Assembly (NCBI GenBank): GCA_964550205.1
Contig: CAZJYD010000003.1
Location: forward strand, 2,361-66,360
DNA: 64,000 nucleotides
Source of the DNA: an uncultured Bacteroidales bacterium
Lineage (GTDB): Bacteria; Bacteroidota; Bacteroidia; Bacteroidales; JAIOZK01
Reading direction: 5' to 3'
Positions 48,865 through 59,612 of the stretch are shown piece by piece. How positions within the stretch are numbered: position 1 is the stretch's first letter; each line of letters opens with the position of its first letter. Position numbers and translations under genes: made by a program. The notes beneath the pieces were generated by a model, which was not told the origin of the DNA, did not search any database, and saw only the letters and a program-made list of their open reading frames with translations.

Positions 48865-50164
48865 TCCGTTTAATATCCACACCCATTTTTCTCAGTCTTT
48901 CATCAATATGTTGATATCCCCTGTCTATTTGTTCTATATTATGAATGATACTTTCGCCTTCGGCAGATAAGGCTGCTATTAGCAAAGCCACTCCGGCACG
49001 AATGTCTGGAGAAACCATTTCTATGCCCCTGAGCGGATGTTCTCTGTTCAGACCTATTACAGTTGCACGGTGGGGATCGCATAAGATAATCTGAGCACCC
49101 ATATCAATTAATTTATCGACAAAGAACAATCTGCTCTCAAACATTTTTTGGTGTATGAGAATGCTGCCTTTTGCCTGGGTAGCAACAACAAGTACAACAC
49201 TTATCAGATCGGGGGTGAATCCCGGCCACGGTGCATCAGCAATTGTCATTATGGAACCATCCATGAAGGTTTCTATTTCATAATAGTCTTGTTGAGGAAT
49301 GACAAGCTTGTTGCCTGTTTGTTTGATAGTTATTCCGAGTCTTTTGAAAACTTCAGGTATCAGTCCTAATGTGCTGATATCAACATTATTGATGGTTATT
49401 CCTGATTGCGTCATGGCAGCCAGTCCTATAAAACTGCCAACTTCAATCATATCCGATAAGAGCTTGTGCTTGCAACCTCCTAATGATTTAACACCGGTAA
49501 TCTTGAGCATGTTGGAACCTGTTCCTTCTATCTTGGCTCCCATTTTAGTTAGCATATTGCATAGTTGAACAATATATGGTTCGCAGGCTGCATTGAAAAT
49601 TATCGTTTCGCCCTTTGCAAGGACCGAAGCCATAAGCATATTTGCTGTTCCTGTTACCGAAGCTTCATCAAGATGCATATATGTGCCTTCAAGATGAGTG
49701 GTTTTAATGGTATAACATTTGTTTTTATGGTCAGATTTAAAATTTGCTCCAAGTTTTGTTAGCCCTTCAAAATGTGTGTCAAGTCGTCTTCTGCCTATTT
49801 TATCTCCGCCGGGATGAGGTAAATATGCTTTTCCAAAGCGTGCAAGAAGAGGACCAAGTATCATTATAGAGCCTCTTAATGATGAGGCTTTAGTTTTGAA
49901 ATCATTAGTTCTGAGGTAATCAAGGTCAATGTTTTCTGCAGTTACGGTATATTCGGATTTTGATTTCTTTTCGATTTTAACACCCAAACCGCTTAGCATT
50001 TCCAAAAGCCTGTTTATATCACTTATATCGGGTAAATTGCTGTAATGTACAGGTTCATTTGTTAGCAGGCTAGCACATAATACCTGGAGAGCTTCGTTTT
50101 TAGCACCCTGAGGAGTGATCTCACCTGTAAGCTTTTTTCCTCCAATGATTTTAAATGAACTCAT
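48857..50164 (-). CDS. murA: UDP-N-acetylglucosamine 1-carboxyvinyltransferase (Asp-type active-site loop)
   Basis: GAKNEAL, LRGSIMILGPLLARFGKAYLPHPGGDKIGRRRLDTH and IDRGY motifs. Asp121 occupies the position of E. coli Cys115. Confidence 0.9.
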   Translation of the reverse strand: MSSFKIIGGKKLTGEITPQGAKNEALQVLCASLLTNEPVHYSNLPDISDINRLLEMLSGLGVKIEKKSKSEYTVTAENIDLDYLRTNDFKTKASSLRGSIMILGPLLARFGKAYLPHPGGDKIGRRRLDTHFEGLTKLGANFKSDHKNKCYTIKTTHLEGTYMHLDEASVTGTANMLMASVLAKGETIIFNAACEPYIVQLCNMLTKMGAKIEGTGSNMLKITGVKSLGGCKHKLLSDMIEVGSFIGLAAMTQSGITINNVDISTLGLIPEVFKRLGITIKQTGNKLVIPQQDYYEIETFMDGSIMTIADAPWPGFTPDLISVVLVVATQAKGSILIHQKMFESRLFFVDKLIDMGAQIILCDPHRATVIGLNREHPLRGIEMVSPDIRAGVALLIAALSAEGESIIHNIEQIDRGYQHIDERLRKMGVDIKRIN

Positions 50165-50244
50165 GACTTAATTATAAATCCGGATAATTATTTAAAATCA
50201 GATTGCCGGATGTTATATTTATATAAATCTGGTTATGCCATGAA

Positions 50245-50883
50245 CTATATGTTCGACGACATTCTTCTTTTGTGATTATTATTTTTACTATTTGAAATAT
50301 TTTTTTTGTTAAATCTTCTTCTCTTCGTCTTGGCAAGAATTTCGGAGGTGCTGTTTAGTTGCATTCCTTCTTTAATTTCAAGTTTACCATGAGAAATAGA
50401 TTTGAGATGCTCGTTGATCAAATTATCACTTACTGATTCCCTGTTCCAGCTTAGATATGATTTTTTCAGATGGTTGGCTATCGCTTTTATCAATGCATCC
50501 TTTTCTTCACCATCCTTATATTCTGCAGCTTTCTTTATAAGCCTTTCAACATTTTTTCCATAATACCTGAACTCGATGTCTTCTTCCTTATATTTTAATT
50601 GCTTCGGTTTTTCAGTTAAAATATCAGGTGAAGGTTTGGGATAAGGTGAATCAACATCAAGCTTGAAATCTGAGATAATGAAAATATGATCCCAGAGTTT
50701 TCTTTTAAAGTCACTCGTTTCCCTGACATGAGGATTCATCTGTGCCATAACATGAACAATAAGATGAGCCATTTCATTTCGCTTTTTCTTGTCTTTTATC
50801 TTAATAGCATATTTGATCAGTTTTTGTACATTTCTACCATATTCGGGAATGACTAATTGATCTCTTGTGGTGTTATATTCCAT
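50245..50883 (-). CDS. DUF4290-domain protein
   Basis: MEYNTTRDQLVIPEYGRNVQKLI... N-terminus and the conserved position upstream of murA in Bacteroidota. Confidence 0.7.
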   Translation of the reverse strand: MEYNTTRDQLVIPEYGRNVQKLIKYAIKIKDKKKRNEMAHLIVHVMAQMNPHVRETSDFKRKLWDHIFIISDFKLDVDSPYPKPSPDILTEKPKQLKYKEEDIEFRYYGKNVERLIKKAAEYKDGEEKDALIKAIANHLKKSYLSWNRESVSDNLINEHLKSISHGKLEIKEGMQLNSTSEILAKTKRRRFNKKNISNSKNNNHKRRMSSNI

Positions 50884-50995
50884 GATTGATAATTAGGTTA
50901 TATTTATATGAATGAATAATTAATTGCTCGCTCCTTATTTATACTCTTTTGGAGAGTTGTTTATACAATTAAACCGTACAAATATACAAATTATT

Positions 50996-53299
50996 TTATT
51001 CAATGATTTTTAGTTTGGCAAATTTCAATAGCAAATGTTTTTGCCCTATCCCTGCAAAAAAGACTATGGCTTTTTTGTTTGCTCCGTTTCCTTCTATTTG
51101 CAGCACTTTACCTTTTCCAAATACAGGGTGCTCAACTTCCATTCCTGTTTGAAGCGCATTAATGGTATTTATTGTTTCGGATGAATCTGCGGATGAATGC
51201 TGAATATTTTTAAACCTGGTAAAGTTCTTTTTTTTGATCTTTGAAATATCTGATTTGTAATTTGTTTTATTATCCGAACTATGTTCTTCAATATCTGATT
51301 TGTGTATCGATGCTTTTTTGACCGCATCAATGTATTTTTCTTGTACTTCTTCAATAAACCTGCTTGGCTCGCAAATAGTAAGATTACCCCATTTATATCT
51401 GGTTTCCGAATATGATAATGTAACGCTTTTCATTGCGCGCGTTAGTGCAACATAAAATAATCTTCTTTCTTCTTCCAGATCATCACGAGAGTTTAAAGAC
51501 AAAATGGAGGGGAAAAGATTTTCTTCCAGACCTGAAATATAAACATACGGAAATTCAAGTCCTTTGGCCATGTGTACCGTCATTAGTGAGACATAGTCGG
51601 TATTTTCCTTATCATCTTTATCGGCGTCGGTAAGTAGAGCAACCTCCTGAATGAATTCATCAAGCGTGCGTATGGAGCTTTTTTCATTTTCTTCTTCAAC
51701 AAGTTCTCTTTCCTTCTCAGTAAATTCCTTGATAGCATTAAGTAATTCTTCTATGTTTTCATATCTGCTGAGACCTTCAGGGCTTTTATCTTCGTAAAGT
51801 TGTTTTAACAATCCTGTTGAAGAAGCAATATGTTTTGCCAGGTCATAGGCATTCTTTTTATTAAGACCGGCGGCAAAACTATTGATCATAGTTGCGAATT
51901 CATCAATTCTGTTTCTTGTTGGCGAGCTTATGTTCAGGTTAATATTGTTTATTTTGTCAATAATCTCCCAAATGGTTTTATTTGTTTTATGTGCTTCAAC
52001 AATAAGTTTTTCAATAGTGGTTTTGCCAATTCCTCTTGACGGATAATTTATTATTCTGAGAAGAGCATCTTCATCTCTTGGATTTATGACCAGCCTGAAA
52101 TAAGCTAAAAGGTCTTTAACCTCCTTGCGGTTGTAGAAAGATAGCCCCCCGAAAATTCTGTAGGGAATATTTAACCTTCTTAATGCTTCTTCTATTGCCC
52201 TTGATTGAGCATTGGTACGGTATAATACTGCAAATTCCCCGTTCTTTAGCTGGTAATTCATTTTATTTTCAAATATGGAATTTGCTATTATTTTACCTTC
52301 TTCTCCATCAGTATTTGCTTTAAGAATATTTATCTTGTTGCCATGATCATTGTCAGTCCAAATTTCTTTGTAAATCTGACGTTTGTTATTATAAATAACA
52401 CCATTGGCAGCACCTACTATGTTTTTAGTTGAACGGTAGTTCTGCTCCAGTTTAAATATCTTTGCATCAGGATAGTCATTCTGGAAATTAAGGATATTTT
52501 GGATGTTTGCTCCGCGAAAAGCATAAATGCTCTGAGCATCATCACCTACAACACATATATTTTCATTGTTCGCTGCCAGTGTTTTAACTATCATATACTG
52601 TGCATGGTTGGTATCCTGATACTCGTCAACAAGAATATATTTGAATCTCTGTTGATATTTATAAAGCATATCCGGAAAATCACGCAACAGGATATATGTG
52701 TTAAAAAGTAAATCGTCAAAATCCATTGCAAAAGCTTTCCGCAGCCTGTTTTGGTATACCGTATAAATTTTGCCCATCATGGGTTTTCCTGCTGACTCAT
52801 CAGCACTTGTTATTTCAATACTATTATTATATTCTTTTGCAGAAACAAGATTGGTTTTTGCACTTGATATTTTTGTCAATACATAATTGAAAGGATAGAT
52901 TTTATTATCAAGATTATATTCTTTGATAATCGATTTAATCATTCTTTTGGAATCATCCGTATCATAAATTGAATAATTATGAGGGTAGCCCAGATGATGT
53001 CCCTCAACGCGCAGAATTCTTGCAAATACAGAATGGAATGTTCCCATCCATACATTTTTTCCTTCCGTGCTGCCAATGAGTTTAATAATGCGTTCCTTCA
53101 TCTCACGTGCAGCTTTGTTTGTAAAAGTTAAAGCCAGTATGTTAAAAGGATCAATACCCCGTGTTAGCAGATAGGCCACTCGGTAAGTGAGCACACGGGT
53201 TTTACCCGATCCTGCACCGGCAATTACCATTGATGCTCCTTCGGTATTGACAACAGCCTTCTGTTGCTCTTTATTTAAGTCTTTTAGAATATTTGCCAA
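50996..53299 (-). CDS. uvrD: ATP-dependent DNA helicase, UvrD/PcrA/Rep family
   Basis: Motif I AGAGSGKTRVLT, motif II VDEYQDTN, GDDAQSIYAFRGA, YRSTK and TVHMAKGLEF. TTG start. Confidence 0.9.
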   Translation of the reverse strand: MANILKDLNKEQQKAVVNTEGASMVIAGAGSGKTRVLTYRVAYLLTRGIDPFNILALTFTNKAAREMKERIIKLIGSTEGKNVWMGTFHSVFARILRVEGHHLGYPHNYSIYDTDDSKRMIKSIIKEYNLDNKIYPFNYVLTKISSAKTNLVSAKEYNNSIEITSADESAGKPMMGKIYTVYQNRLRKAFAMDFDDLLFNTYILLRDFPDMLYKYQQRFKYILVDEYQDTNHAQYMIVKTLAANNENICVVGDDAQSIYAFRGANIQNILNFQNDYPDAKIFKLEQNYRSTKNIVGAANGVIYNNKRQIYKEIWTDNDHGNKINILKANTDGEEGKIIANSIFENKMNYQLKNGEFAVLYRTNAQSRAIEEALRRLNIPYRIFGGLSFYNRKEVKDLLAYFRLVINPRDEDALLRIINYPSRGIGKTTIEKLIVEAHKTNKTIWEIIDKINNINLNISSPTRNRIDEFATMINSFAAGLNKKNAYDLAKHIASSTGLLKQLYEDKSPEGLSRYENIEELLNAIKEFTEKERELVEEENEKSSIRTLDEFIQEVALLTDADKDDKENTDYVSLMTVHMAKGLEFPYVYISGLEENLFPSILSLNSRDDLEEERRLFYVALTRAMKSVTLSYSETRYKWGNLTICEPSRFIEEVQEKYIDAVKKASIHKSDIEEHSSDNKTNYKSDISKIKKKNFTRFKNIQHSSADSSETINTINALQTGMEVEHPVFGKGKVLQIEGNGANKKAIVFFAGIGQKHLLLKFAKLKIIE

Positions 53300-53426
53300 A
53301 ACAAAAACGTTTATAATGCAAAAGTAATGTTTAAATTTTAATTTAATTTTGGAGATAGGACAACCTGATATTAATTTATATTGTCTTCGAAAGTATAGGA
53401 TTGATATTAATAAAATTTAATTGATT

Positions 53427-55877
53427 ATGAAAAAAATAACACTTATAATAATACTTGTGTTTATTTCTGTTCCTTTGGTCATAGCTGATAATATCAGTAA
53501 AGAAAAAGCGAGAGAAATAGCAAAAAATGTGTATTACCAGAAAGCATCTTCTTTTAAAAAGGTTAAATATGAGGATATCTCATTTTCAGATAAAATAATT
53601 AATGCTCATGATAATGAGAGTGATTTGTTTTATGTTTTTAATCTGGAAGATGAAAATGGTTTTGTGATTATTTCAGCAGATGATGATGTTTTTCCTGTTA
53701 TTGGTTATTCTTTTGAGAGCACATACAGTGGAAAAGATTTACCTCCTGCATTGGAAAACTGGTTGCAAAAATTCAAAAAACAGATAAAATATGTAAAAGA
53801 AAACAATTTAGAAGCAACAAAGCAAATCGAAAGTGCATGGGACAAGTACAGCAAAAATAACGGATCATCTGTTCGAAGTACTGCAGGGCCACTAACTCAA
53901 ACTATGTGGGATCAGGATTGTTATTACAATGAACTATGCCCTGATGATTATTACGGGGCATGTGGTCATGCCCGTGTTGGTTGTGTTGCAGTTGCTATGG
54001 CTCAGGTTATGAAATATCATAATTATCCCCCACAGGGTACAGGGTCCCATGGCTATGAATCCGATTACGGTTATCTTTATGTAGATTTCGGATCAACAAC
54101 ATATAATTGGGATGCAATGCCTGACTATATTACAAGTGATAATTTTGAAATAGCACAAATAGGTTATCATTGCGGGGTGGCTGTTGAGATGATGTATGGT
54201 CCGAATGGCTCAGGTGCCAGTTCAGAAAATGTTGGTCCGGCTCTGATTAATTATTTCGGATATTCTCCGGAAGCATCATTGGAATATAAATCTGATTATA
54301 ATGACGATGAGTGGAGAGATATGCTAATAACCGAGATCGATGAAAAGCACCCTATGTATTATAGCGGGTATGGTGATGGCGGTCATGCTTTTGTCTGCGA
54401 CGGATATCAGGATGAATACTTTCATTTTAACTGGGGATGGGGAGGATTGTATAACGGATATTTCACTGTTGATAACCTGCACCCCGGAACACATAATTAT
54501 TCTTACTGGCAATCAGCATTAATTAATGCACAGCCCTCCGAAGCTCCCTCAGTTGATTTTACAGTTAATACACAGGAAGTTCTTACCGGAAGCAGTGCGA
54601 GTTTTACAGATAGTTCAAAAAATACTGTTACATCATGGTCATGGATATTTGAAGGAGGGACACCTTCAACCTCAGATCAGCAAAATCCGGAAAATATTTT
54701 TTATAACATTGAAGGAACTTACCCAGTTAAACTTATAGCAACAAACTGGAATGGAAGTGATACTTTAACAAAAATGAATTATATTGCAGTAACTGATAAT
54801 GCATTACCAATTGCTGAGTTTGATGCCGATAAAACCAATATATGCCTTGATAGTACAGTTTCTTTTACAGACAAGTCATTGAACTCACCGTATACCTGGC
54901 ACTGGGAATTCGAACCTAATACGGTGACTTTTATTGAAGGAACCGGCTCCTATTCACAAAATCCTGTGGTTCAGTTTAACGAAGCAGTAGCTTATGCGGT
55001 AACCTTAACAAGTACTAATCAAAATGGTAGTAATTCGATAACAAAAGAAGAACTGATCAATGCAGGAGGTCTGCCATTACCCTTTACAGAAACATTCGAA
55101 GTTGCCAATTTCAAAGATCACTGGACAATCGAAAATCCGGATGACGATATTACATGGGACGGATATTATAAGCTGTCAGGTAATTTACCCAGCCGTAAAG
55201 CTGCATGGGTGAATTTTTATCAGTATGATGAAATAGGCGAACGTGACAGGCTTATTACACCAATACTTAATTTTAAAGATATGGAATCGGTTGTTTTGAG
55301 TTTCACACATGCATATGCATATTATAATGCTGATAGATACGACTCTTTGATTATTTTATTATCTGATGATTGTGGAACCACCTGGAAAAGAGTTTTCGAA
55401 GCAGGAGATGATTTTGCCACACACACCAACACATATGATCCTTTCGTGCCTCAAAACAAATATGACTGGTGTGGTTATGGTTATGGTGATGATTGTCATG
55501 AAATTGACCTGAGTGAGTGGATTGGAGTACCAAATGTAATGATAGCATTCGAATCATATAATGGTCATGGTAATATGATTTATATTGATGATGTGGTAAT
55601 TACAGGCGAACCGATTATTGATATTGATGAAAGAGCAATTACGGGTTTCTGTGAAATATATCCTAATCCGACAAGTGGAATTATCAACATTAATCTTAAA
55701 GGTAATCTGAAAGATGCAATAGTTAAAGTATTTAATGTCCAGGGCCAGCAAGTATTTTCGGTGGAATTAAATAAATCACCTGTTAAGCTTGATCTTGGTG
55801 AATTAAATAGCGGAGTGTATTTTATTCAGGTTATCAACGGAGAAAATTTCAATATGCGGAAGATTATTAAGAATTAG
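53427..55877 (+). CDS. C10-family (streptopain-like) cysteine peptidase with Spi-type pro-region, two PKD-like domains and T9SS C-terminal sorting domain
   Basis: Pro-region ...GFVIISADDDVFPVIGYS. Catalytic Cys in VGCVAVAMAQVMKYH and His in GGHAFVCDGY. Two repeats of ...F.D.S....SW.W.FEGG-like PKD sequence. C-terminal IYPNPTSG...SGVYFIQV...MRKIIKN. Confidence 0.85.
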   Translation: MKKITLIIILVFISVPLVIADNISKEKAREIAKNVYYQKASSFKKVKYEDISFSDKIINAHDNESDLFYVFNLEDENGFVIISADDDVFPVIGYSFESTYSGKDLPPALENWLQKFKKQIKYVKENNLEATKQIESAWDKYSKNNGSSVRSTAGPLTQTMWDQDCYYNELCPDDYYGACGHARVGCVAVAMAQVMKYHNYPPQGTGSHGYESDYGYLYVDFGSTTYNWDAMPDYITSDNFEIAQIGYHCGVAVEMMYGPNGSGASSENVGPALINYFGYSPEASLEYKSDYNDDEWRDMLITEIDEKHPMYYSGYGDGGHAFVCDGYQDEYFHFNWGWGGLYNGYFTVDNLHPGTHNYSYWQSALINAQPSEAPSVDFTVNTQEVLTGSSASFTDSSKNTVTSWSWIFEGGTPSTSDQQNPENIFYNIEGTYPVKLIATNWNGSDTLTKMNYIAVTDNALPIAEFDADKTNICLDSTVSFTDKSLNSPYTWHWEFEPNTVTFIEGTGSYSQNPVVQFNEAVAYAVTLTSTNQNGSNSITKEELINAGGLPLPFTETFEVANFKDHWTIENPDDDITWDGYYKLSGNLPSRKAAWVNFYQYDEIGERDRLITPILNFKDMESVVLSFTHAYAYYNADRYDSLIILLSDDCGTTWKRVFEAGDDFATHTNTYDPFVPQNKYDWCGYGYGDDCHEIDLSEWIGVPNVMIAFESYNGHGNMIYIDDVVITGEPIIDIDERAITGFCEIYPNPTSGIININLKGNLKDAIVKVFNVQGQQVFSVELNKSPVKLDLGELNSGVYFIQVINGENFNMRKIIKN

Positions 55878-55994
55878 CATCATATGAATTAAAATAATGC
55901 TTTGTTATTTTTAATAAGAAAAGCACAAAGCCTTTTCTTAAAAGAGAAAAGGTAAAAACCCTGTAATATTTATTGCTATTTATAAATTAATTCA

Positions 55995-56002
55995 TACCTT
56001 TG
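55995..56002 (+). promoter_or_regulatory. -7 promoter box (TACCTTTG) at the head of the structured pre-rpsL region
   Basis: Exact TAnnTTTG match, the same octamer as at 9872. Confidence 0.3.
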
Positions 56003-56136
56003 CACCTCTCAAAATTGAGAGATTTTTAAATAGCTGAAAAGTAGAGGGAACCTGATAAATTGAAACAATTATAGGTTTCCACATCGGTAAAACCTGGTGT
56101 TATGTTTCAAATTTTCTTGATCCCTCCATTTTTTTA
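56003..56136 (+). ncRNA. putative structured leader or small RNA upstream of rpsL
   Basis: Hairpins at 56006-56021 and 56047-56080, a competing helix at 56073-56095, and long-range GAGGGA/TCCCTC pairing (56044-49 / 56121-26) followed by T7 at 56129-56135. Hand-folded only. Confidence 0.25.
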
Positions 56137-56188
56137 GCAACATTTTTAAATTAAATATAAATTAATTAGGTTTTTCAATTATTATTTG

Positions 56189-56196
56189 TATTTTTG
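56189..56196 (+). promoter_or_regulatory. -7 promoter box (TATTTTTG) proximal to rpsL
   Basis: TAnnTTTG match 45 nt upstream of the rpsL ATG, followed at once by the 8-bp hairpin CAAGCTCA-AAAAA-TGAGCTTG (56197-56217). Confidence 0.35.
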
Positions 56197-56240
56197 CAAG
56201 CTCAAAAAATGAGCTTGTTAAATGTTCTAAAACACTTGAT

Positions 56241-56612
56241 ATGCCAACAATACAGCAGTTAGTTAGAAAAGGAAGAAAGAAAACAACAGAAAAGAGTAAA
56301 TCACCTGCTTTGGACAGATGTCCTCAGAGAAGGGGTGTTTGTGTGAGGGTGTATACAACAACACCAAAAAAACCAAATTCTGCCATGAGGAAAGTGGCAA
56401 GGGTGAGGTTAACCAATGGTAAGGAAGTTAACTCATATATACCCGGTGAAGGACATAATTTGCAGGAGCATTCTATAGTATTAATAAGGGGTGGAAGAGT
56501 AAAGGATTTACCAGGGGTAAGATATCATATTATCAGGGGTGCACTTGACACATCAGGTGTTGAAGGAAGATCGCAGAGAAGATCAAAATATGGTACAAAA
56601 CGTCCGAAATAA
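56241..56612 (+). CDS. rpsL: 30S ribosomal protein S12
   Basis: [12 protein letters not shown]...[18 protein letters not shown]...[24 protein letters not shown]. Confidence 0.97.
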   Translation: MPTIQQLVRKGRKKTTEKSKSPALDRCPQRRGVCVRVYTTTPKKPNSAMRKVARVRLTNGKEVNSYIPGEGHNLQEHSIVLIRGGRVKDLPGVRYHIIRGALDTSGVEGRSQRRSKYGTKRPK

Positions 56613-56643
56613 TTAAGTTAACAAAAAATATCAATACTAATAA

Positions 56644-57111
56644 ATGAGGAAAGCGAAACCTAAAACCAGAATGATTCTTTCCGATCCAAGGTTTAATGAA
56701 CCTATGGTGACGAAATTTGTAAATAATCTTATGTTAAAAGGGAAGAAAAATAGTGCTTTCAAAGTATTTTATGACGCTATAGAAATAGTTTCGGAAAAGA
56801 CCGGCGAGAATGGATTGGATGTATGGAAAAAAGCTCTGGCTAATGTTACACCATCATTAGAAGTTAGAAGCCGCAGAATTGGTGGAGCTACATTTCAAAT
56901 TCCTTCTGAAATAAGGGCTAACAGGAAAATGTCGATAGGTATGAAAAACATGATAAAGTTTGCCAGAAAGCGTCATGAAAAAGATATGGAACATAAGTTA
57001 GCAGGTGAGATTATGTCGGCATACAAAGAAGAAGGAGGAGCATTTAAAAAGAAAGAAGATACTCACAGAATGGCTGAAGCTAACAAAGCTTTTTCACATT
57101 TCAGGTTTTAA
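56644..57111 (+). CDS. rpsG: 30S ribosomal protein S7
   Basis: 155 aa with [19 protein letters not shown] and [15 protein letters not shown]. Confidence 0.97.
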   Translation: MRKAKPKTRMILSDPRFNEPMVTKFVNNLMLKGKKNSAFKVFYDAIEIVSEKTGENGLDVWKKALANVTPSLEVRSRRIGGATFQIPSEIRANRKMSIGMKNMIKFARKRHEKDMEHKLAGEIMSAYKEEGGAFKKKEDTHRMAEANKAFSHFRF

Positions 57112-57132
57112 AATAACCGTTTATAATACAAT

Positions 57133-59241
57133 ATGAAAGACAAACTGACATATACAAGAAATATTGGCATTATGGCTCATATCGACGCGGGTAAAACCAC
57201 GACGACAGAGCGTATATTGTATTATACCGGAATCAATTACCGTATTGGAGAGGTTCATGACGGTACAGCCACAATGGACTGGATGATACAGGAACAGGAA
57301 AGAGGCATTACAATTACATCCGCAGCAACAACTGTTTTCTGGGATTATAATGACGAGCAGTACAGGATTAATATAATTGATACGCCTGGTCATGTTGACT
57401 TCACGGTTGAGGTTGAACGCTCACTCAGGGTATTGGATGGAGCTATTGCCATATTTTGTGCGGTTGGTGGCGTTGAGCCCCAGTCTGAAACAGTATGGCG
57501 TCAGGCTGATAAATACCGTGTCCCAAGAATCAGCTATGTTAATAAAATGGACAGGCAAGGGGCTGATTATTTCAGGGTTCTGAGCGAGATCAAAGAAAAA
57601 CTTGGCACAAAACCAATTCCAATACAATTACCTATTGGTTCGGAAGATGATTTTTCAGGGGTTATAGACCTTGTTAAAAACAAAGCAATAAGATGGGACA
57701 GCAAATCCTTGGGTGCTAAATATTATGAGGAAGAAATACCGGAAGAACATATAGAACAAGCCAATGAATACCGCAATCAAATACTTGAAGGTGTGGCTGA
57801 AGAAAACGAAGATCTGTTTAATAAATATTTGGATGATCCGCAATCAATAACAGAGGAAGAGATTCTCAGTGAAATTCGCTCCGGCACCTTAAATTTAAAG
57901 ATAACACCTGTTCTTTGTGGAGCTTCATTGAAAAACACCGGCGTTCAAAAACTCATTGATGCTGTTACTGCTTTCCTTCCTTCACCATTAGATGTACCTC
58001 CTATAACAGGATTAAACCCATACACCGAAAAAGAAGAGCAACGCAAAGCCAATTATGAAGAGCCTTTCAGCGCACTTACCTTTAAAATTGCCACTGATCC
58101 TTTCGTAGGCCGTGTTGCATTTTTCAGAACATATTCCGGAAGAATGAAATCAGGTACCCAGGTTCTCAATGTTAATACGGGTAAAAAAGAACGGATTGCT
58201 CGGTTGTTACAAATGCATGCTAACAAACAGAAAGCATTACAACAGGCAGAGGCTGGTGATATAGCTGTTGCTGTCGGCTTCAAAGAAATTCGCACCGGTG
58301 ATACATTAACAGATATTAAGCATCCGGTATTACTTGAGAATATTCACTTTCCTGAGCCTGTTATAAATATGGCCATTGAACCCAAAAAACAGGACGATAT
58401 TGATAAACTGGCTGTCTCTTTGAAAAAACTTGCAGAAGAAGATCCTACCTTCACTGTCAGGATTGATGAAGAAACCGGACAGACAATTATTAATGGTATG
58501 GGTGAACTGCACCTTGAGGTTATCCTTGACAGGTTGAAAAGGGAATTTAATATTGAAGTAAATAAAGGAAAACCACAGGTAGCTTATAAGGAAGCTATAA
58601 AGGAATTAGTAGAACACAGGGAGGTTTATAAGAAGCAAACAGGTGGCAAAGGTAAGTTTGCTGATATTTTAGTGGAAGTGTCACCACCGGATGATGAACA
58701 AAAAAAAGGTTTGGAATTCATTGATGCTGTTAAAGGTGGTAGGCTTCCCAAAGAATTTATCAGAGCTGTTGAAAAAGGATTTAAAGATGCAATGTTTAAT
58801 GGAGTGCTGGCCGGCTTTCCGATGTTTAATCTAAGTGTAAGATTGCTTGATGGCGAATACCACAGCATTGACTCGGATGCACTTTCATTTGAAGTGGCTG
58901 CTGCAAAATCTTTTAAGAATGCTTGCCTCAAAGCCAAACCAACGCTTCTTGAACCGATTATGAAAATTGAAATTATTACTCCTGATGAATATATTGGTGA
59001 TATTACAAATGATTTAAACAAGAGAAGAGGTCATATCGAAAATGTATCCTCAGGATTGAGCGGACGGATGATAAAAGGTAAAGTGCCACTGTCTGAAATG
59101 TTTGGTTATGTTACCATATTGCGTACATTAACTTCAGGCAGAGCAACATCAAACCTTGAATTTTCTCATTATGAGGAAATTTCAAAAGAAATAATTGAAG
59201 ATATTCTTTATAAAATCAAAGGATATGTTCCAAGCTATTAA
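57133..59241 (+). CDS. fusA: elongation factor G
   Basis: [29 protein letters not shown] and NKMD GTPase motifs; 702 aa. Confidence 0.97.
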   Translation: MKDKLTYTRNIGIMAHIDAGKTTTTERILYYTGINYRIGEVHDGTATMDWMIQEQERGITITSAATTVFWDYNDEQYRINIIDTPGHVDFTVEVERSLRVLDGAIAIFCAVGGVEPQSETVWRQADKYRVPRISYVNKMDRQGADYFRVLSEIKEKLGTKPIPIQLPIGSEDDFSGVIDLVKNKAIRWDSKSLGAKYYEEEIPEEHIEQANEYRNQILEGVAEENEDLFNKYLDDPQSITEEEILSEIRSGTLNLKITPVLCGASLKNTGVQKLIDAVTAFLPSPLDVPPITGLNPYTEKEEQRKANYEEPFSALTFKIATDPFVGRVAFFRTYSGRMKSGTQVLNVNTGKKERIARLLQMHANKQKALQQAEAGDIAVAVGFKEIRTGDTLTDIKHPVLLENIHFPEPVINMAIEPKKQDDIDKLAVSLKKLAEEDPTFTVRIDEETGQTIINGMGELHLEVILDRLKREFNIEVNKGKPQVAYKEAIKELVEHREVYKKQTGGKGKFADILVEVSPPDDEQKKGLEFIDAVKGGRLPKEFIRAVEKGFKDAMFNGVLAGFPMFNLSVRLLDGEYHSIDSDALSFEVAAAKSFKNACLKAKPTLLEPIMKIEIITPDEYIGDITNDLNKRRGHIENVSSGLSGRMIKGKVPLSEMFGYVTILRTLTSGRATSNLEFSHYEEISKEIIEDILYKIKGYVPSY

Positions 59242-59271
59242 TATAGAATAAATAAAATCAATTGATATAAA

Positions 59272-59577
59272 GTGAGTCAACGAATTAGAATAAAGTTAAA
59301 ATCATATGATCATAATCTGGTTGATAAGTCAGCCGAAAAGATCGTGAAAACAGTGAAGACGACAGGGGCAGTGGTAAACGGGCCTATTCCTTTACCAACG
59401 AATAAGAAGATTTTTACTGTGAATAAATCAACTTTTGTTAATAAGAAATCACGAGAGCAATTTGAGCTAAGCTCATACAAAAGATTACTTGATATTTACA
59501 GTACAACTTCTAAAACAATAGATGCTTTGATGAAGCTCGAACTGCCCAGTGGAGTTGAAGTTGAGATCAAGGTTTGA
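59272..59577 (+). CDS. rpsJ: 30S ribosomal protein S10
   Basis: [12 protein letters not shown] and GPIPLPT motifs. GTG start. Confidence 0.95.
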   Translation: MSQRIRIKLKSYDHNLVDKSAEKIVKTVKTTGAVVNGPIPLPTNKKIFTVNKSTFVNKKSREQFELSSYKRLLDIYSTTSKTIDALMKLELPSGVEVEIKV

Positions 59578-59612
59578 TAGAGCAATAATTTGTAAGGTAA
59601 AAAAGATAAAAC

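Noticed and set aside
55899-55939. Possible terminator after the C10 protease gene (GCTTTGT ... ACAAAGC followed by CTTTTCTT)
   Set aside because: The stem is only 7 bp with a 19-nt loop, and a second nearby hairpin (CCTTTTCT/AGAAAAGG) lacks a T-run. It is too weak to list as a feature.
59242-59271. No tuf gene between fusA and rpsJ
   Set aside because: The absence of tuf from the str operon is the normal arrangement in Bacteroidota as far as I know, so it is not an anomaly or deletion.
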